Assembly (NCBI GenBank): GCA_041736175.1 | Contig: JBGSUI010000010.1 | Location: 1 to 28,704, forward strand | Direction of reading: 5' to 3' | DNA: 28,704 nucleotides | Source of the DNA: Oligoflexales bacterium | Lineage (GTDB): Bacteria > Bdellovibrionota_B > Oligoflexia > Oligoflexales > CAIYRB01 | Shown: in pieces, positions 25,838 to 28,704 of the stretch | Numbering within the stretch: position 1 is the stretch's first letter | Layout: the number at the start of each line of letters is the position of its first letter | Made by a program: the position numbers and the translations under genes | Notes under the pieces: model-generated | What the model was told of the DNA's origin: nothing | What the model saw: the letters and a program-made list of their open reading frames with translations, nothing else | The model's database searches: none

Positions 25838-26752
25838 ATGCTAAAAAATCAGAAGGTTTATACGAGGCCGATCACATTATCTTTTGGCGTTTTATTAGTG
25901 GTATCGAGCTTTTTAGGGTGTGATGATAAATCAAGGACTACGGACCGGACGGGTACCCGCAATGAAGCAATGGATGTAAAACAAAAAGAGGTTAAGGATG
26001 ATGAGTTCGACGAGACCCATGAGCACCCCATCTATGAAAAATCCATAAAGACAAAGCCTAAACAGGCCTCAGAGCCTAATGGCCCTAGTGAGACTACAAA
26101 AACACCTAAGGGGCAAGCTGTGGAACCGGCTCCGACAGCCTCCCCAGGACCGAGTCCGACACCCTCGACTCCTGCGCCGACTCCTGCGCCGACGCCAGCC
26201 CCCCCAGCGACTCCGCCAGCGACCCCGCCTCCAGCCACCGGCGTAGGAGCCGAGGAGGCTAGATTAAAGGCCATGTATGACGCTAAAAAGATGTTGACGA
26301 CCGTTACGATCGACGCCACGGGACCTGATCCCCAAAGCGATGTGGTTAAATGGTTTTCTTCTGCCACTAAACCCATCACCTGCTATGCAGCAGTCGATGC
26401 TGCCGGGGCCCTGGTTGTGCCTGCGGGAGTGGCATTGAGGCAGATAGCCTCAGGTGCTGCCGCAGCACCAGAAAATACACCTTTTAAAGCTAATAATGTC
26501 GACGTAGCAACCTTGCACTCTTCGTGCCAAGTCTGTAACAAGACGGGGATGCCGTTGCATCTCCACTCGGGAAACACTGGGCCCTTTACTCACGGCGCTT
26601 CAGCTTTTGCAGATGGGACCTGTGTCCAGTTTCTTATAGAACGTGTCGCCGCAACGGTAGGTGGGACCTATGATCATGTCAACGGAGCAGCGGCCACTCC
26701 CGTTTCTTTTAAAATCGTTAAGATCGGCCCCGATGGTAAAGTTGTGCCTTAA
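25838..26752 (+). CDS. Lipoprotein with Pro/Thr/Ala linker and His/Cys-rich, possibly cupredoxin-like C-terminal domain
   Basis: RBS AAGGGAGG, lipobox FLGC, PAPT/PPAT repeats, and CQVCN...LHLH...FTHG...C...YDH. Confidence 0.75.
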   Translation: MLKNQKVYTRPITLSFGVLLVVSSFLGCDDKSRTTDRTGTRNEAMDVKQKEVKDDEFDETHEHPIYEKSIKTKPKQASEPNGPSETTKTPKGQAVEPAPTASPGPSPTPSTPAPTPAPTPAPPATPPATPPPATGVGAEEARLKAMYDAKKMLTTVTIDATGPDPQSDVVKWFSSATKPITCYAAVDAAGALVVPAGVALRQIASGAAAAPENTPFKANNVDVATLHSSCQVCNKTGMPLHLHSGNTGPFTHGASAFADGTCVQFLIERVAATVGGTYDHVNGAAATPVSFKIVKIGPDGKVVP

Positions 26753-28570
26753 GTGACTTTAAACGATAGTCCTTGAGTTTCACGATCACAAAGCTGCAGT
26801 CGTCTTTTGGAGCATTTAAGGCTCTACGTTGGTCCAATTGATCAATGAGTTCTGTGGCGACTTCGGTAGGCTCCTTCTGATATTTTAGGATTGCTGTTTG
26901 GAGTAGTCTTCTTAAGGCAAGGTGGTGGAGGGGTTGGTCATTAACCCCTAGATTTTCCATAAGCCCGTCAGTGTATAAAAACAGTGAATCACCAGGTGTC
27001 ATGGTAAAGGGTTTGGTATCAAAGTTGGGATCAGTGTGTTCGCCTAAGAGAGAACCAGGAACGATCAGACTGGAGATTTGATTGGTTTTAAAATGTAGGA
27101 TCGGGATATGACCCGCATTAAGAAAAGACCCTTGACCAGTCGTGAGGTCAAGGACCACAAAGATCATAGTCATACTACGGCCTGAAGGATTTCCTGTATC
27201 GCGCACAGTCTTGTTGACTCCTTGGGCGATGATTTTGAGGCGAGCGGCCATAGAAAGTGATCGGTGTTGTCGACTGATATTCGATAAGGCGGCTTTGACG
27301 GCTCCAGCGGCCGCGGCTGTCAGCAGGGCCGATGGAATACCGGATCCTGACATATCACCAATACACAGGTAAAGGTAACTTAGTTCTTCGTCTACTTCGT
27401 AAGAGAGCCAGTCACCACCGATCAGATCAGCCGCGCGATGGTGTAGAGCGATGCTGACCTCTGGTGGCGCGGGAGTTGTGGGCAGTAGCGCTTTTTGGAC
27501 GGCTTGGGCCGCTGCTAGCTGGTTTTCAAGTCGGATTTTTTCGGGGATTTTTAGGAGATATTCGGTGTTTTTAAGGGAAATGGCACCTTGGGCTGCGAGG
27601 ATGTTGAGGAGTTCCATCCGCTCTTCGGTAAATGCATGGGCGAGGTGTTTGTTTTCGAGCCAAAGAATAGCCAACACCTCCCCAAGATGCATTACCGGCA
27701 TACAGATCAGCGAGCGGGATCCGGCGGCTAGGACATAGGGATCCGTGGTAAAGCCGCCTTGATGGAGAGCATCATCGAGGAGAAGGGGACGTTTGCTATG
27801 GGCCACAAATTGAAAAATCCGTGGCGATACTTTGGCATAATCTTGGACTGGCACGTCCTGTGCCACCAGATTTGTGCTGGCACCTACGTCGCCGTTCACC
27901 TTAACTCTAAAGGTTTCACCCACTCTTAGGGCCAAAAAGCCCTCGGTGGCCCCAGCATTTTCTAGGGTGATTTTTAAGATTTTTTTGACGAGTTCGTCAG
28001 GAGCGGCATAGGTGGAGAGTGTTTGGGACACCTGAATCATACTCATCACGTCAAGCATTTGGTTGGGGGCTAAGGCGGATGATTTTGGAAAGTCGTCTTT
28101 GCTCACAGGGTTCAGGGGACGGGAACTCGTAAACCATTCCGGATAGGCCCGGTCCATTGCACCGGCTTTAGTGACTGCACCCCAGCTCATATAATAATCG
28201 CGTGCCTTTGTAAGATGAGTTTTAGCGATTAGGTGATCACCCAATTCTAACCAGAGATCACCCAGAAATTCATGGGTGAACCCCAGCATATACGGCAGTC
28301 CAGATCTTTGACACCAAATCAGGGATTTTTGGTAATGGATCATCGCTTGGTCGATCTGCCCCGTATGTCGAAACCATTCCGCTGCCAGCAGTTCGTAGTG
28401 ACAGCGGTAGTTGTCAGGCCCATTTTTGGCTGCTTGGTAGACAATCTGGAGCAGATTTTTTGCCTTTTTAAGGGCAAAAAACCGCTGTTTTCCATTCATT
28501 TCTTTCAGATTTCTCAAAAGACCGGTGCCAAACATCGAATAGTATAAAATGCGGACATAAAGACCGCTTA
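26718..28570 (-). pseudogene. 5'-truncated TPR-like/GAF/SpoIIE (PP2C) phosphatase gene
   Basis: PDNYRCHYELLAAE and WGAVTKA are typical of the late region of kinase-AAA-GAF sensors. GAF motif SLICMP...LENK...FT. PP2C motifs GGDW, IGDMSG, NAGH, YTDG, DDCS. Native frame meets an IS end at 28570/28571. Confidence 0.8.
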
Positions 28571-28704
28571 GGAGGTGTGTAAAAATTACTTGGACAGGTT
28601 CTACTTGATTGGGCTTATTATATAATTCCATTTTGGATACTTTGCATGGAACTTGATCTTGATCTCGTCAAACTCGTCATCGCTGACTTTCAATCCTTTT
28701 TCGT
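28571..28704 (-). mobile_element. Right end of an ISAzo13-family insertion sequence (partial)
   Basis: Candidate terminal IR GGAGGTGTGTAAAAATTACTTG starts at 28571, next to TTA and 30 nt downstream of the transposase stop. Confidence 0.75.
28601..28704 (-). CDS. ISAzo13-family transposase C-terminus (partial)
   Basis: A frame absent from the ORF track reads (Y)EKGLKVSDDEFDEIKIKFHAKYPKWNYIISPIK*. This matches the YxxGxKVSDEE...WNYxIxP tail of ISAzo13 transposases. Confidence 0.85.
   Translation of the reverse strand, partial: EKGLKVSDDEFDEIKIKFHAKYPKWNYIISPIK

Noticed and set aside
26140..26240. 12-bp repeats CCGACTCCTGCG and CCAGCGAC(T/C)CCG
   Set aside because: Fully explained by the Pro/Ala/Thr linker codons. 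Not a CRISPR or mobile repeat.
1..28704. CRISPR arrays, tRNA and rRNA genes
   Set aside because: No regularly spaced repeat-spacer pattern or recognisable stable-RNA signature was seen in the intergenic regions by eye.

Overview
Bacterial chromosomal window, mostly encoded on the minus strand. Gene content suggests an Oligoflexia/Bdellovibrionota-like genome (inference): lipoprotein trypsin, XRE regulator with YSTAQFISNWERG, DUF1501 operon, sigma28/sigma54-type promoters. The left part (1-9 kb) is accessory. It holds a possible decayed BLUF fragment, a sigma54-promoted secreted protein with a papain-like Cys-His-Asp domain, a ~148-nt nested hairpin element, an AAA_14/DUF4143 ATPase, an aminotransferase remnant, an AbrB-PIN toxin-antitoxin pair, a trypsin, a beta-CASP ribonuclease, and an 825-bp insert with an orphan Zn-finger/HTH antitoxin-like gene flanked by ~100-bp direct repeats. 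The middle has two tandem-domain USP genes (each with a sigma54 box), an XRE regulator, a REC-CheX protein, an MFS transporter, a second AAA ATPase preceded by twin palindromic operators, a SWIM-SNF2 helicase, hisC, trmL and a CPBP protease. The right part has a three-gene CxxCH protein / lipoprotein / Tat-DUF1501 operon divergent from a His-rich, possibly cupredoxin-like lipoprotein. It ends with a GAF-PP2C gene whose 5' part is cut by an ISAzo13-like element at the window edge. No rRNA, tRNA or CRISPR array was seen. All family calls come from motif recognition by eye, not database searches.
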